Shown piece after piece: positions 25,402-34,891 of a DNA stretch of 64,000 nt (within the stretch, counting starts at the first letter, position 1; each line of letters starts with the position of its first letter). The notes under the pieces were generated by a model that was not told where the DNA came from, made no database searches, and was given only the letters and a program-made list of their open reading frames with translations. The stretch is taken from positions 1 to 64,000 of the IMG/VR virus record IMGVR_UViG_3300031992_000080. One strand, 5' to 3'. Both the position numbers and the translations under genes were made by a program. Origin of the DNA: a virus (Duplodnaviria; Caudoviricetes).

Positions 25402-26535
25402 CTAGCGGGTCGCGGCGATAAATTCCTTGCGCTTCTGTTCTGGCATTCCTTCGGAAAAATCGTCCAGAATTGCGCGCGCGGTCTTGAAAAGTCCGGCGGC
25501 GGCAAGCTTTGAATAGTCAATAACCGTCCGGGTTGAAAAGAAAGTGCGGGTTATGTGGCGCGTTTCAACGGCGCGGCGCGCGGTGTCTCGCGCGTCAATA
25601 ACGGCGGCGGCTTTCGCTTCGTCTGCCGTGATGGCGAGCGCAAGGCGCTTTTCAAGTTCGGTATCGTAGTTGACTGGAAGATAGCGGAAGCGGTTTAAAC
25701 TGGCGGAGTCAAGGGCCGTCCTGCCTGTGTAGTCCTGTGTGGCTCCGTGCCCGGTGGTGTTTCCTGCGGCGAGAATGTAGGCCTGCGGATTCTTCTTGAT
25801 CCTGCCTAGGATCGGAAAGGAAAGCTCGCCGTTGGCAATTGCCGAATTGACGACAATTGCCGTTTGCGGATCGGCGGCGTCCAGTTCGTCAAATAGGAAA
25901 ACTCCGCCATTGCGATAAATGCGCGTGAATTCGCTTTCGTGGAACGAAAACGCAAGTTGCCCGTTCTCGGCGGGCTCTGGAATGAGTTTCCCGAAAATGT
26001 CGCTTGCGGAAACTTCGCCGGAAACGGAGAGACTTCCAAAACGCGCGCTTTCGTCCATGTCCGGGAAAAGGACGGCGGCGGCTTGGCGCGCAAGGTAGGT
26101 TTTTCCGCTCCCTGTCGGGCCGTAAAGGTAGCAGTTGACTCCGCAACGGATCCGCGCCAAAAGCTCGTTCAATGCGGGGTGCGCGGCTTCCCCTTCGGGA
26201 AGGGTGATTTCCTTCGGGATTTCGGGAAGGTGGAAATGCGTGATGTTCGGCGCGTGGGCGTTGGCGGCGGCTTCGGCGGCGGCGCGCGCGGCCTCGGCGG
26301 CTTCGTCCTTCGCCGTCTGGATTTCGGCGCGCAATGCGTCAATTTGCGGCGCAAGGGCGGCGGCGGCGCCGTTGGCAATGGCGGCAACGGCTCCGGCGGC
26401 GGCGGCAAGGGTCGCGGCGGGATCGGCGGGCGGGGTCTGCATGGTCTGCGGCGGGGTCTGCTTCGGGGCGGTGTCTCCGCCGAAAAGATTGCCCTGGCGC
26501 GCGGCTTCGGTAAGTTCTGCAATGGTGGTGTTCAT
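25402..26535 (-). CDS. MoxR/CbbQ/CobS-like AAA+ ATPase
   Basis: GPTGSGKT, LFDELDAAD, AAGNT.G.GA..DY.GR..LD.ASL.RF. Confidence 0.9.
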   Translation of the reverse strand: MNTTIAELTEAARQGNLFGGDTAPKQTPPQTMQTPPADPAATLAAAAGAVAAIANGAAAALAPQIDALRAEIQTAKDEAAEAARAAAEAAANAHAPNITHFHLPEIPKEITLPEGEAAHPALNELLARIRCGVNCYLYGPTGSGKTYLARQAAAVLFPDMDESARFGSLSVSGEVSASDIFGKLIPEPAENGQLAFSFHESEFTRIYRNGGVFLFDELDAADPQTAIVVNSAIANGELSFPILGRIKKNPQAYILAAGNTTGHGATQDYTGRTALDSASLNRFRYLPVNYDTELEKRLALAITADEAKAAAVIDARDTARRAVETRHITRTFFSTRTVIDYSKLAAAGLFKTARAILDDFSEGMPEQKRKEFIAATR

Positions 26536-26561
26536 GGTGTCGGGGGTGGTTGGTTGGGTGG

Positions 26562-26924
26562 TTAGGCAATCTCCATTTGTTCGGGAGCGATCCTTGCTAG
26601 AAAGCGCGTCCACGCGCAAGCGGCCGGGAATCGTCCGGCGGCGTGGGCAAGGGGGTTTGATTCGGCACGCGCGCAAGCCGCGCGCAATGCGTCAAGCCGT
26701 CCCCTTTGCATTGCGTCTTTAATTTCGTCAACTTCGCGGACAAGGGCGGCGCGCGCGGCGTTCGGGCGCGGCACGGAAAAAGCGGCGTTCTCGCAAGCGC
26801 GCGCCGCTTCCCGGTAGATCGCAAAAACATAGTAGGCGCGAGAGATTCGCGCGGGGGTGGCTGTCTGCACAAGCCGCTTTTTATGTTCGCGGCGCGCGGC
26901 GTTCGGGCGGGGGGTGGCGTTCAT
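26562..26924 (-). CDS. Hypothetical protein, first gene of the leftward early operon
   Basis: GAAAGG RBS just downstream of the promoter. Confidence 0.6.
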   Translation of the reverse strand: MNATPRPNAARREHKKRLVQTATPARISRAYYVFAIYREAARACENAAFSVPRPNAARAALVREVDEIKDAMQRGRLDALRAACARAESNPLAHAAGRFPAACAWTRFLARIAPEQMEIA

Positions 26925-26956
26925 GGTTGGTGCCTTTCGTGGTCTTGCGGGGCGGT

Positions 26957-26985
26957 AGTCTAGCATAGTCCGCTTTTTATGTCAA
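26957..26985 (-). promoter_or_regulatory. Strong sigma70-type leftward (early) promoter
   Basis: TTGACA-17-TAGACT with TG extension. Confidence 0.75.
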
Positions 26986-26999
26986 GCGTTTTTTTATGT

Positions 27000-28250
27000 C
27001 TTTTTTTCTGCGTTGTTCTTTCTTGCGAAACGCCCCTTGTAGAGACTCTTTTCGTAAAATGCCGTTTTCCATTTTAGCCTTTATTCATGGGCTTTTCATG
27101 CGTTCTCGCCTTGCGTTTTCGCGCGTCTCAATCATGCGCGTTTTTCGTAGTTCTAGGCGTGTCTAACAATCGGCTTTTTAGCTTCGTCTAACATAGCTAA
27201 ATCCCGCTAAATAGTAAATCTGTCTTTACAATTGTTTGGCGCGTCTAAAGCATGGTCTGGCGGGGTTCGTCCGGCGGGGTCTGCTGGCGTTCCGGCGGGG
27301 CGGTTCTCTCGCTCGTTCGTCCAGCGTTCTCCCCTCCCCTCGCGCCGGGGAAGGTGGGAGCGGGGAAGGGGGTAGGGGGTAGGGGCGGGGGGTGGATGGG
27401 GGTAGGTAGCAGGGCAACGGCAACGGATCGGAGTAGGCGTGTAGGTAGGTAGGTAGGTAGGGCGGTAGCAGGGTAGCAGGTGGCGCGCGCGGGGACGGCA
27501 ACGGCTGGATCGGGGCGGGGAGATGGGGCAAGGCTCGTCAAGGCGCGGCAAGGCTCGTCCGGGCTTCATGCGGGTTTCTGTCTAGCGGTCTGGAAGGGCG
27601 GCGGGTAGTCTGGCGGGATTGGGGGGAGGGCCGCGCGCGGTGCGGTGTGTTGGCGTTTTTCGGGGCGCGGGTCTATGTCGCATAATCCCGCATTCCGGCG
27701 CTTATAAACTCGCCATGCGTGCGGCGGATTGCGGGCGGGCGGGCGTCCGGTGGGACTGTTGCGGGCCGTCTGGGTATCCGTCCGGCCTGCCCCGTCGGGC
27801 CGTCGGGGCCGTCCGGCGGGGGTTGTTGCGGCGTTTTTAAGCCGTTTTTCGGCAAAAAACACGCCCCGCAAAATTATAAGTATTGATTTTTCAATATGTT
27901 ATGCGGATAATGGGGAGGGTTGAAAGCCTTTCTGGAAGGATCAAAGGAAGGCGCGCGGGCGGGAATGAGAAGGGAGGGGAGGACGGGCAAGGCGGGCGGC
28001 ATGGGGGAGCGGGAAGGGAGGGAGGAAGGGAGGCACGGCTACCCCGTCCCCCTCCCCGACCACACCGCCGACCGCCGCCCCGCGCGGGTCCTGCGGGGGA
28101 CTTTCTCGCACACTGAGGTCGAAGTTTGAAAAGGAGCTACTGCTTGGGACGGGTGGGTCGTGTGGGCGCACCTGCGAGGGCGCGCGCGTGCGGGTGCGAG
28201 GTTGGTGTCCGGATTTTTTTCGGGAATGGTTGCCGTGGTGGATACTGTTT
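27000..28250. other. Non-coding inter-arm region, candidate genome terminus or packaging region
   Basis: No credible ORF; AT-rich patches, G-runs at 27347-27402, (GTAG)5 at 27441-27460, palindrome TATTGA-TTTT-TCAATA at 27881-27896, purine-to-C-rich switch near 28035. Confidence 0.5.
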
Positions 28251-28254
28251 TGGC

Positions 28255-29952
28255 ATGGGGAACCAAGCGAACAGAGGGCTGCGGCGAACGGCTGCGGGGA
28301 CGCGGAAGGATCGCGTGGAGCGGTCGACGCGCGTGATTGGATACGTGCCGACGCCGACGGGGCTGCGGTTCCACAACAGCCGTGCGCTCGTGAAGGGTGC
28401 GATGGGGCCTGTTGGGAGCGGCAAGTCGGTATTCTGCTGCGAGGACATCTGGATAAAGAGCTGCACGCAGGTGCCGATGGCGCAGATCGACCCGGCGTGG
28501 GGGATGCGGGTGCGATACAGCAAGTGGCTTGTGATCCGGAACACGTATTGGGACTTGCAGCAGACGACGATCAAGACGTGGCTGGACTGGTTTCCGCAGA
28601 CGAAGATGCGGGAAAGCCAGCCGTTGGGCGGTGTTCTGGAGTTCGAGCATCCGAGCAACGAGCGGCTTCGCGCGGAGGGGCGGGAAGACGAATGCACGGC
28701 GGTGCGGATCGAGCTGGTGTTTCTGGCGCTGAACAAGGAAGAGCAGGTGCGGCACCTCAAGTCGCTGGAGGTGTCCGGGGTGTGGATCAACGAGGCGAGC
28801 GAAGTGCCGCTCAAATACGTGAGCCGTGCGTTCGAGCGAACGGGGCGTTTTCCGAGCAAGAAGGCGGGCGGGCCGTTCAAGAACCTGGGGATGATCATGG
28901 ACACGAACCCGCCGAGCGACACGGGGTGGTGGTACCAGCTTGCGGAGGTGCGGCGGCCGCAGGGCTACGAGTTCTTCCGGCAGCCGCCGGCGGTGCTGCG
29001 GCGCGAGAAGGGTGGCCGGATCTGGTACGAGCCGAACAAGGGGCAGGATCCCGGGATTCCCGCGGCGGAGAACGTGGAGAACCACAACGAGGGGTGGGAA
29101 TACTACATGCGGCAGACCCGTGACGGGGACCATGCGCGGATCAAGGTGTTCCTGATGGGGGAATACGGGACGACGGTGAGCGGAAAGGCGGTGTATCCGC
29201 AGTATTCGGACGAGGCGAACTACCTCGACGAGACGCCGGAGCCGTGGTGGGGGCTTCCGCTGTTCATGGGGACGGACTTCGGGAGGACGCCGGCGACGGT
29301 GCTTTTGCAAGTGCTTCCGTCCGGGAAGATCGTGGTTCTGGACGAGATATGCGGGGAGGACATGACGATCGGGGAGTTCTGCGAGCAGCTTCTCCTTCCG
29401 CGTCTCATCACGAAATACCGGTTTGCGGAGGGGATGCGGGTGATGAACTTCGCGGACCCGGCTGGGGCGAAGCCGAACGAGACGGACGCGCAGGGCGCGA
29501 TCTACCGGATGAACGAGCTGGGGATTCCGACGGTGCCGTGTCCGGTGACGGGCAACAGCCCGCTGCTGCGGATCGAGGCGGTCGCGAGCGCGCTTCGGCG
29601 GCGGATGGACGACGGGAGCGCGGGCCTGGTGCTTTCGCGCAACTGCCGGCGGCTGCGGGAGGGTTTTCTGGGGCGGTATTACTACAAGACGGCGGCGAAT
29701 TCGGACGCGGCGGACGAGCGCGTGGCGGCGAAGCCGGACAAGAACATGTTTTCGCACCCGCACGACGCGCTGCAATACGGGGTTTTCGGGGCGACGCACC
29801 AGAGCGGGGAATCGATGTTCGACGTGAGCGGGCGAAGCAACCGGCTGTGGGTGCCGGACGGATTCGGAGGCTACCGGCTCTCGGGCCCGGTGCCGACGGC
29901 GGGCGGCGCGTGCGGGACGGAAGCCCGCATTTCCATGGCGGGCTTCTGCTGA
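28255..29952 (+). CDS. terL: Terminase large subunit
   Basis: GPVGSGKS Walker A; GVWINEASE Walker B; DTNPP; GTDFG RNase-H motif; HPHDALQY. Confidence 0.97.
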   Translation: MGNQANRGLRRTAAGTRKDRVERSTRVIGYVPTPTGLRFHNSRALVKGAMGPVGSGKSVFCCEDIWIKSCTQVPMAQIDPAWGMRVRYSKWLVIRNTYWDLQQTTIKTWLDWFPQTKMRESQPLGGVLEFEHPSNERLRAEGREDECTAVRIELVFLALNKEEQVRHLKSLEVSGVWINEASEVPLKYVSRAFERTGRFPSKKAGGPFKNLGMIMDTNPPSDTGWWYQLAEVRRPQGYEFFRQPPAVLRREKGGRIWYEPNKGQDPGIPAAENVENHNEGWEYYMRQTRDGDHARIKVFLMGEYGTTVSGKAVYPQYSDEANYLDETPEPWWGLPLFMGTDFGRTPATVLLQVLPSGKIVVLDEICGEDMTIGEFCEQLLLPRLITKYRFAEGMRVMNFADPAGAKPNETDAQGAIYRMNELGIPTVPCPVTGNSPLLRIEAVASALRRRMDDGSAGLVLSRNCRRLREGFLGRYYYKTAANSDAADERVAAKPDKNMFSHPHDALQYGVFGATHQSGESMFDVSGRSNRLWVPDGFGGYRLSGPVPTAGGACGTEARISMAGFC

Positions 29953-30020
29953 CGGCCGACTGCGACAGATAGTTGCAGGCCTTGCGCGCGGATGGTTGCC
30001 GTGGGTCAGGATACGGAGCC

Positions 30021-32486
30021 GTGAGCACGACCGCGCCCGGCATCCCCTACCCCGCCCCGTCCGCCAGCGAGATGGCGGCGGCGGCGTCCGCGTTCAACGC
30101 GAGGCTCGGCGTCGCCAAGTCCGAGGAAACGGTCGCGACGGGACACATTCCCGTGTCGGCGTCGACGGGAAGGCCGCCGGCGCTGACTGACGGCGATCCC
30201 GGCGCCCGCGCGGACGTGGAGCCGGTGAAGCAGGCAAGGCCCGTCGAGCGAGTCGGGGATTACGTCCGTGCGACGTTCCGGCGGAACGCGGCCCACCGGC
30301 GGCAGTCCGGGACGGACGCGCGGCTTCTGGCGAACAAGCTGGATGCGGCGCACGAATACAGCCAAGACGACAAGGACCTGATCCATGCGACGGGCGCGCC
30401 GGACGTGTATCTTGCCTACAACGCGTCGACGCGAGGCGCGGCGGTTGCGGCGATCTCGGAGATCGAGACGGCGGGGCAGAGCAAGTGCTGGACGCTGGCG
30501 CCGACGCCGTGGCCGGAGCTTTCGAAGGCCGCCCGGGAGGAGATCCTGAACGGCGCGATGCTGGACTACCAGCAGCTTCTTTCGCTCGTGGCGGCGCTTG
30601 CGCAGGCGCGCTCGCTCACGCCGGAGCAGGTGCAGGAGCTTCTTCCGCCCCGGGAACACATGTCGCAGCGCGTCTTCGAGTGGACGGAAGAGGCCCGGCG
30701 CGAGGAGAAGGAGCGTGCCGACCTCGCCTGCGAGCGCATGGAGGCGAAGATCGACGACCAGCTCACGGAGGCGAACTTCGAGAGCGTGTTCGCGGACTGC
30801 ATCGAATATCTCGGGACCTACGGCGTGTGCGTGGTCTACGGGCCTGCGGTGCGCCGGCGGCGGGCCGTTTCCGGCGTGGACCGCGCGGACGGTTCGCGCA
30901 CCCTCAAGGCGGAGTGGAAGCAGACGCTCGAGTTCGAGGCCGTCAATCCGATGGACTGCTACCCGGCGCCGGGCGCGAAGAAGATCACGGACGGGCCGTT
31001 CGTGCGCGTGGTCCGGTTCGATCCGTCGGAGCTTGCGGCGTTCGCGAAGATTTCCGAAAAGGACGCGCCGGCGTGGCGGCGGGACGCGATCGAGAAGATC
31101 CTGCGGGCCTTCCCGAACGGCGGCGTTGTGGAAAACGAGGCGGCGGACTGGTCCTCGCTGGAGCTGGACGGCGAAAGCGGGCAGACGGCCACGTCCTCCT
31201 CGCAGATCGAGGGGCTTCAGTTCTTCGGCGAAATCCGCGGCGCGGAGCTTCTTGCGACGGGGATCTCGAAGAACGGTTCCGGCGGGAAGATCGACCCCGA
31301 GGAATACTACGAGGTCGAGGCGCTGACGATCCTGGACATCGTCGTTTCGTGCAGGGTCGTGGAGCCGGAAATCGGGCGTCCGCTGGCGAAGGCGGAGTTC
31401 TACCGGTCGCCGGAATCGTGGTGGGCGGAGAGCGTCCTGGAGCGCGTGCGGACGCCGCAGCGCGTCGTGAACGCGGCCGAGCGCAACATCATGGTGAACA
31501 TGGCGCAGGCGTCCGGCCCGCAGGTCTGCGTGGACACGACGCGCTTCGACGGCGACCTGACGGTCCGCCCGTGGAAGCGGTGGGACATGAAGCCCCCGAA
31601 AATGGGGCAGCCCCTGCCTTCGCAGGAGCCGCTGCGGTTCTATTCGGTTCCGAGCGTCCTGCCCGATCTGATGCAGGTCAAGGCGCAGGCCAAGACGGAC
31701 CGCGACGAGCTGTCCGGGATTCCGGCGTTTTCCTACGGGCAGACCTCCGGCGTGGCGCCGGGCGTGACGCGCACCGCGTCCGTCATGTCGATGCTGACGG
31801 AGGGCGCGACGCGCGGGCTCAAGCACGTCGTGCGTCAGATCGACCGGATGGTGCGCGACATCGTGATGCGGCTCTACGCCCGAAACCTGCTCTACGAGAA
31901 GGACGAGTCGCTCAAGGTCGGCGACGTGCAATGCAACCCGTCCGGCGTTCTCGGCTTCGCGCTCCTGGAGCAGAACTACAACCGGCTTTTGCAGTTCCTG
32001 CAGCTCACGGGCAACCCGACGGACGCGCAGATCATCGGGACGAAGGGCCGCGCGATCATCCTGCGGGAGATCGCCAAGCAGCTCGGGCTCAACCCGGACA
32101 AGATCATCCCCGGCGCGGAAAAGCTGGAAGAGCTCCAGAAGCTCAACGAGGCCAAGGAGCTCTACGCGGCCGAGCAGCAGCGCGCCAACGTGGAGGCCAC
32201 GGACGCGGCGAACGCGCGCGCGGACGCCGGCGGCGAAAACGGCGGCGGCGAGCCGTCCGCCCCCGTGGCGCAGGCGCCGGAGGAAGAGACGGCGCAGACG
32301 CCCGGCGTGGGCGCTGGCGTGAACAACCAGCGGGCGCGGCAGGCCGCTGCCCGGCGCGCCGTGCAGGGCGGAAGCGGCCCGGGCGTGTCGCCGGCCGCCA
32401 ACGGGACGATCCGACAGACGATTTCGGAGCCGCGGCAGCGCGCGGCCCAAGGCGCGGCAAGCGCCGAAACGCGGGGAGGGGGCTAG
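30021..32486 (+). CDS. Portal protein
   Basis: ~820-aa ORF after TerL; YG.AV, DELSGIP, QFLQ...P motifs and a disordered Q/A-rich tail typical of podovirus portals. Confidence 0.88.
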   Translation: MSTTAPGIPYPAPSASEMAAAASAFNARLGVAKSEETVATGHIPVSASTGRPPALTDGDPGARADVEPVKQARPVERVGDYVRATFRRNAAHRRQSGTDARLLANKLDAAHEYSQDDKDLIHATGAPDVYLAYNASTRGAAVAAISEIETAGQSKCWTLAPTPWPELSKAAREEILNGAMLDYQQLLSLVAALAQARSLTPEQVQELLPPREHMSQRVFEWTEEARREEKERADLACERMEAKIDDQLTEANFESVFADCIEYLGTYGVCVVYGPAVRRRRAVSGVDRADGSRTLKAEWKQTLEFEAVNPMDCYPAPGAKKITDGPFVRVVRFDPSELAAFAKISEKDAPAWRRDAIEKILRAFPNGGVVENEAADWSSLELDGESGQTATSSSQIEGLQFFGEIRGAELLATGISKNGSGGKIDPEEYYEVEALTILDIVVSCRVVEPEIGRPLAKAEFYRSPESWWAESVLERVRTPQRVVNAAERNIMVNMAQASGPQVCVDTTRFDGDLTVRPWKRWDMKPPKMGQPLPSQEPLRFYSVPSVLPDLMQVKAQAKTDRDELSGIPAFSYGQTSGVAPGVTRTASVMSMLTEGATRGLKHVVRQIDRMVRDIVMRLYARNLLYEKDESLKVGDVQCNPSGVLGFALLEQNYNRLLQFLQLTGNPTDAQIIGTKGRAIILREIAKQLGLNPDKIIPGAEKLEELQKLNEAKELYAAEQQRANVEATDAANARADAGGENGGGEPSAPVAQAPEEETAQTPGVGAGVNNQRARQAAARRAVQGGSGPGVSPAANGTIRQTISEPRQRAAQGAASAETRGGG

Positions 32487-32489
32487 GAC

Positions 32490-32789
32490 ATGGCCGACAC
32501 GACGCCGCGGGACTACCAGTTTTCCGAGCAGGAGCTGAACGACTTCATGCTCGCGCCCGAATCGGCGCGGCTTGCGGTGGTCCGTCTGCTCGACCGGGCC
32601 GTGAAAACGGCCGACCAATTTGTCGATTCGGCGCAGACCGACCGCGAAAGCGCGGTGTCGCAGGGAATGCACCGGGTCGCCATTGCACTGCAGGAAACCG
32701 TCCGCGGCGCTCCCGCGCGACTTGCCGCCCTAGCCCGGCAGGACAAGCCGCAACCAGGGAACTCGCTCGGAGCGGCCGGATTCGTGTAG
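32490..32789 (+). CDS. Small head-associated protein
   Basis: Position between portal and scaffold. Confidence 0.65.
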   Translation: MADTTPRDYQFSEQELNDFMLAPESARLAVVRLLDRAVKTADQFVDSAQTDRESAVSQGMHRVAIALQETVRGAPARLAALARQDKPQPGNSLGAAGFV

Positions 32790-32895
32790 CGCGCAAGTCT
32801 GGACGGGCAAATCGGTCATCTCCGCTGCCCGCCAGGACGGAACTCGAAGGATCAGGCCCCTTCGCTCCGGCAAGCCCGAAAGGACACCCCAAACC

Positions 32896-33813
32896 ATGAA
32901 CACCCGAACCAACGACAAGCACGACACCCCCGACACGGACGGACGCACCGACGCGCCCGCCGCCACCCCGTCCAATCCGGCTCTCGCGGCCGCGGTCTTC
33001 TCCGCATCCGCCGACGCGCCGGACGCATCCGCTCCTCCCGCGGCCGAAACCGAGGAAGACCACCGCAAGGCGGTCAACGACGGCCGGCTCCGCAAGATGA
33101 GCGAAGACCTCAAGGCCGAACGAGAGAAAAACGCCGAGCTGCAACGCCAGCTCGAAGAGCTCTCGAAGAAGCGCTCGCAGGCCGCCTACGGCGATCTGCC
33201 AGAGGTCCAGAAGCTGGACGACGTGGGCCAGGCGGCCGTCATCGGAGCCGCCGCACGGGTCGAGGAGCGCGTCACGCAGAGGTTCCAGGCGCAGATGGAC
33301 GAGCTCGCCCGCTCGCGGGCCGCGGAAGCGGCCGCGATGCAGCGCAACGCCGCCGTCAAGGCCCAGAACGAAGCGTATGCCGAGCTGGAGAGGAAGTATC
33401 CGGGAATCGTCGGCCGGCTTGCCGCCGGCGGCGACCTCGCCGGAACGTGGGAGGCGTTCCGCCGGGAAGTCGACGACTTCTACGGCGTTTCGCGCAACCA
33501 GATTCTCCAGCGCGCCAACGAGCGCGGCCACGGCGCGGCGATCGTGCGGCTCGTGGAGGAGTTCATGCAGCGCGGGAACTTCTCGCGGCAATACGACCAA
33601 CCCGGCGGGACGCCGCGCACCGCGGCCGCGCCCGCCAACCCCGCCGGCGCAGGTGCCGGAGGGAAGAAGACCTATCCGTCTCGGGAGGCGGTCGAGAAGG
33701 CACTCGAAACGATCGCCCAGCAGTATCGGAAGGGTCTCATCGACCGCAAGTCCTACGACGCGCGGTCGGAAGAACTCGAGGACGCCCTCCGCTCCGGGCG
33801 CTACCTGAAGTAG
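32896..33813 (+). CDS. Capsid scaffolding protein
   Basis: Coiled-coil with disordered N-terminus, immediately before the capsid gene. Confidence 0.8.
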   Translation: MNTRTNDKHDTPDTDGRTDAPAATPSNPALAAAVFSASADAPDASAPPAAETEEDHRKAVNDGRLRKMSEDLKAEREKNAELQRQLEELSKKRSQAAYGDLPEVQKLDDVGQAAVIGAAARVEERVTQRFQAQMDELARSRAAEAAAMQRNAAVKAQNEAYAELERKYPGIVGRLAAGGDLAGTWEAFRREVDDFYGVSRNQILQRANERGHGAAIVRLVEEFMQRGNFSRQYDQPGGTPRTAAAPANPAGAGAGGKKTYPSREAVEKALETIAQQYRKGLIDRKSYDARSEELEDALRSGRYLK

Positions 33814-33859
33814 CGAACGGAAGGGGACGCGTCCTCAGAACCCCGAAAGGAAAGCGAAG

Positions 33860-34864
33860 ATGTTCGCTCCCGAATACAAACTCAACCACAAGCTCCCCGA
33901 CGCGTGGGAGCCCGTGATCTACTCGAAGAAGATCGACGACAAGGTCCACGACAACGTGATCTTCAACTCGGTTTTCAACCGCGACTACGAAGGCGAGCTC
34001 AAGGGCATCGGCTCGAAGCTCGTCATCCGTTCGTGGCCCGACGACCTCAAGCCCCGCGACTACATCCTGGGCACCCCCATCACCCCGCAGCGCCACGACG
34101 CGCGCGCGAAGGAGGTGACGGTCGGGCGCGCCTGGGAGCTCTCGCTCGTCATGGACCAGTGGGACCTGATGAACTCCGACATGAAGCAGTGGGAGTCCAT
34201 CCGTTCCAAGAAGATCGCCGTGGCGTGCGCGGAGTTCCTCGAGGACAAGTGGTTCGCCGAGGCGCAGGGCGCCGCGGTCGGCAATCCCTACGCGAACTGG
34301 AACTTCGGCAACGCGGCGGGCATCAACGGAGACATCCAGCTCGGCACCGCGCAGGCGGCCGTCGAGCTCGTCGCCGACAAGTCCCCGACCTCGCCGGGCG
34401 CCGGCCGCATCGCCAAGAACGTGCTCCAGCACTTCTACGACATCGACATGGTGCACACCCGCCACCAGGGCGCCTCGTCCGCGACGGGCAAGTTCATCAT
34501 CACGGTGCCGGAAGTCCTGAAGGTCCTCCGCGAGTTCGACGCGTTCGAGCGCACGTCCTGCAACGATTCGGTGCAGGATCTGCTCCGGCGCGACGTGATG
34601 TCCTACGGCCGCCTCGGCGCGACCGGCTTCGACATCTACGTCACGAACCGCCTCCGCGGCACGAAGAACGCGACGACGGGCAAGACCGTCTACCCGCTCT
34701 TCTTCGGCGACACCCGCGCGTGGACGTATGCCGACCTGTTCTCGGAGACCGGCGTCAAGCCCGATCCGAAGATCCCCGGCATCGACTACGAATACCACAT
34801 CGGCGGCTACGACTGGTTCCTGGCGCAGCCGGAGTACTTCGGCGTGTCCTACGTCGCGGTCTAA
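33860..34864 (+). CDS. Major capsid protein (P22-coat-like)
   Basis: 334 aa; WEP.IYSKK...NRDYEGE.K..G..L.I; strongly biased codons. Confidence 0.88.
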   Translation: MFAPEYKLNHKLPDAWEPVIYSKKIDDKVHDNVIFNSVFNRDYEGELKGIGSKLVIRSWPDDLKPRDYILGTPITPQRHDARAKEVTVGRAWELSLVMDQWDLMNSDMKQWESIRSKKIAVACAEFLEDKWFAEAQGAAVGNPYANWNFGNAAGINGDIQLGTAQAAVELVADKSPTSPGAGRIAKNVLQHFYDIDMVHTRHQGASSATGKFIITVPEVLKVLREFDAFERTSCNDSVQDLLRRDVMSYGRLGATGFDIYVTNRLRGTKNATTGKTVYPLFFGDTRAWTYADLFSETGVKPDPKIPGIDYEYHIGGYDWFLAQPEYFGVSYVAV

Positions 34865-34891
34865 CCACCACAGCAAGAAGGAGAAATCGAC

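Noticed and set aside
15000-28120. Invertible segment that would bring terS next to terL
   Set aside because: No inverted repeats at the putative ends and no recombinase/invertase in the window.
27207-28171. Short Pro/Arg-rich ORFs in the inter-arm region
   Set aside because: They are products of G/C runs and simple repeats, with no RBS, coupling or protein-like composition.
28126-28254. N-terminal extension of TerL from the TTG start at 28126
   Set aside because: The extension is C/G/R-rich non-coding-like sequence; ATG 28255 gives a normal TerL N-terminus.
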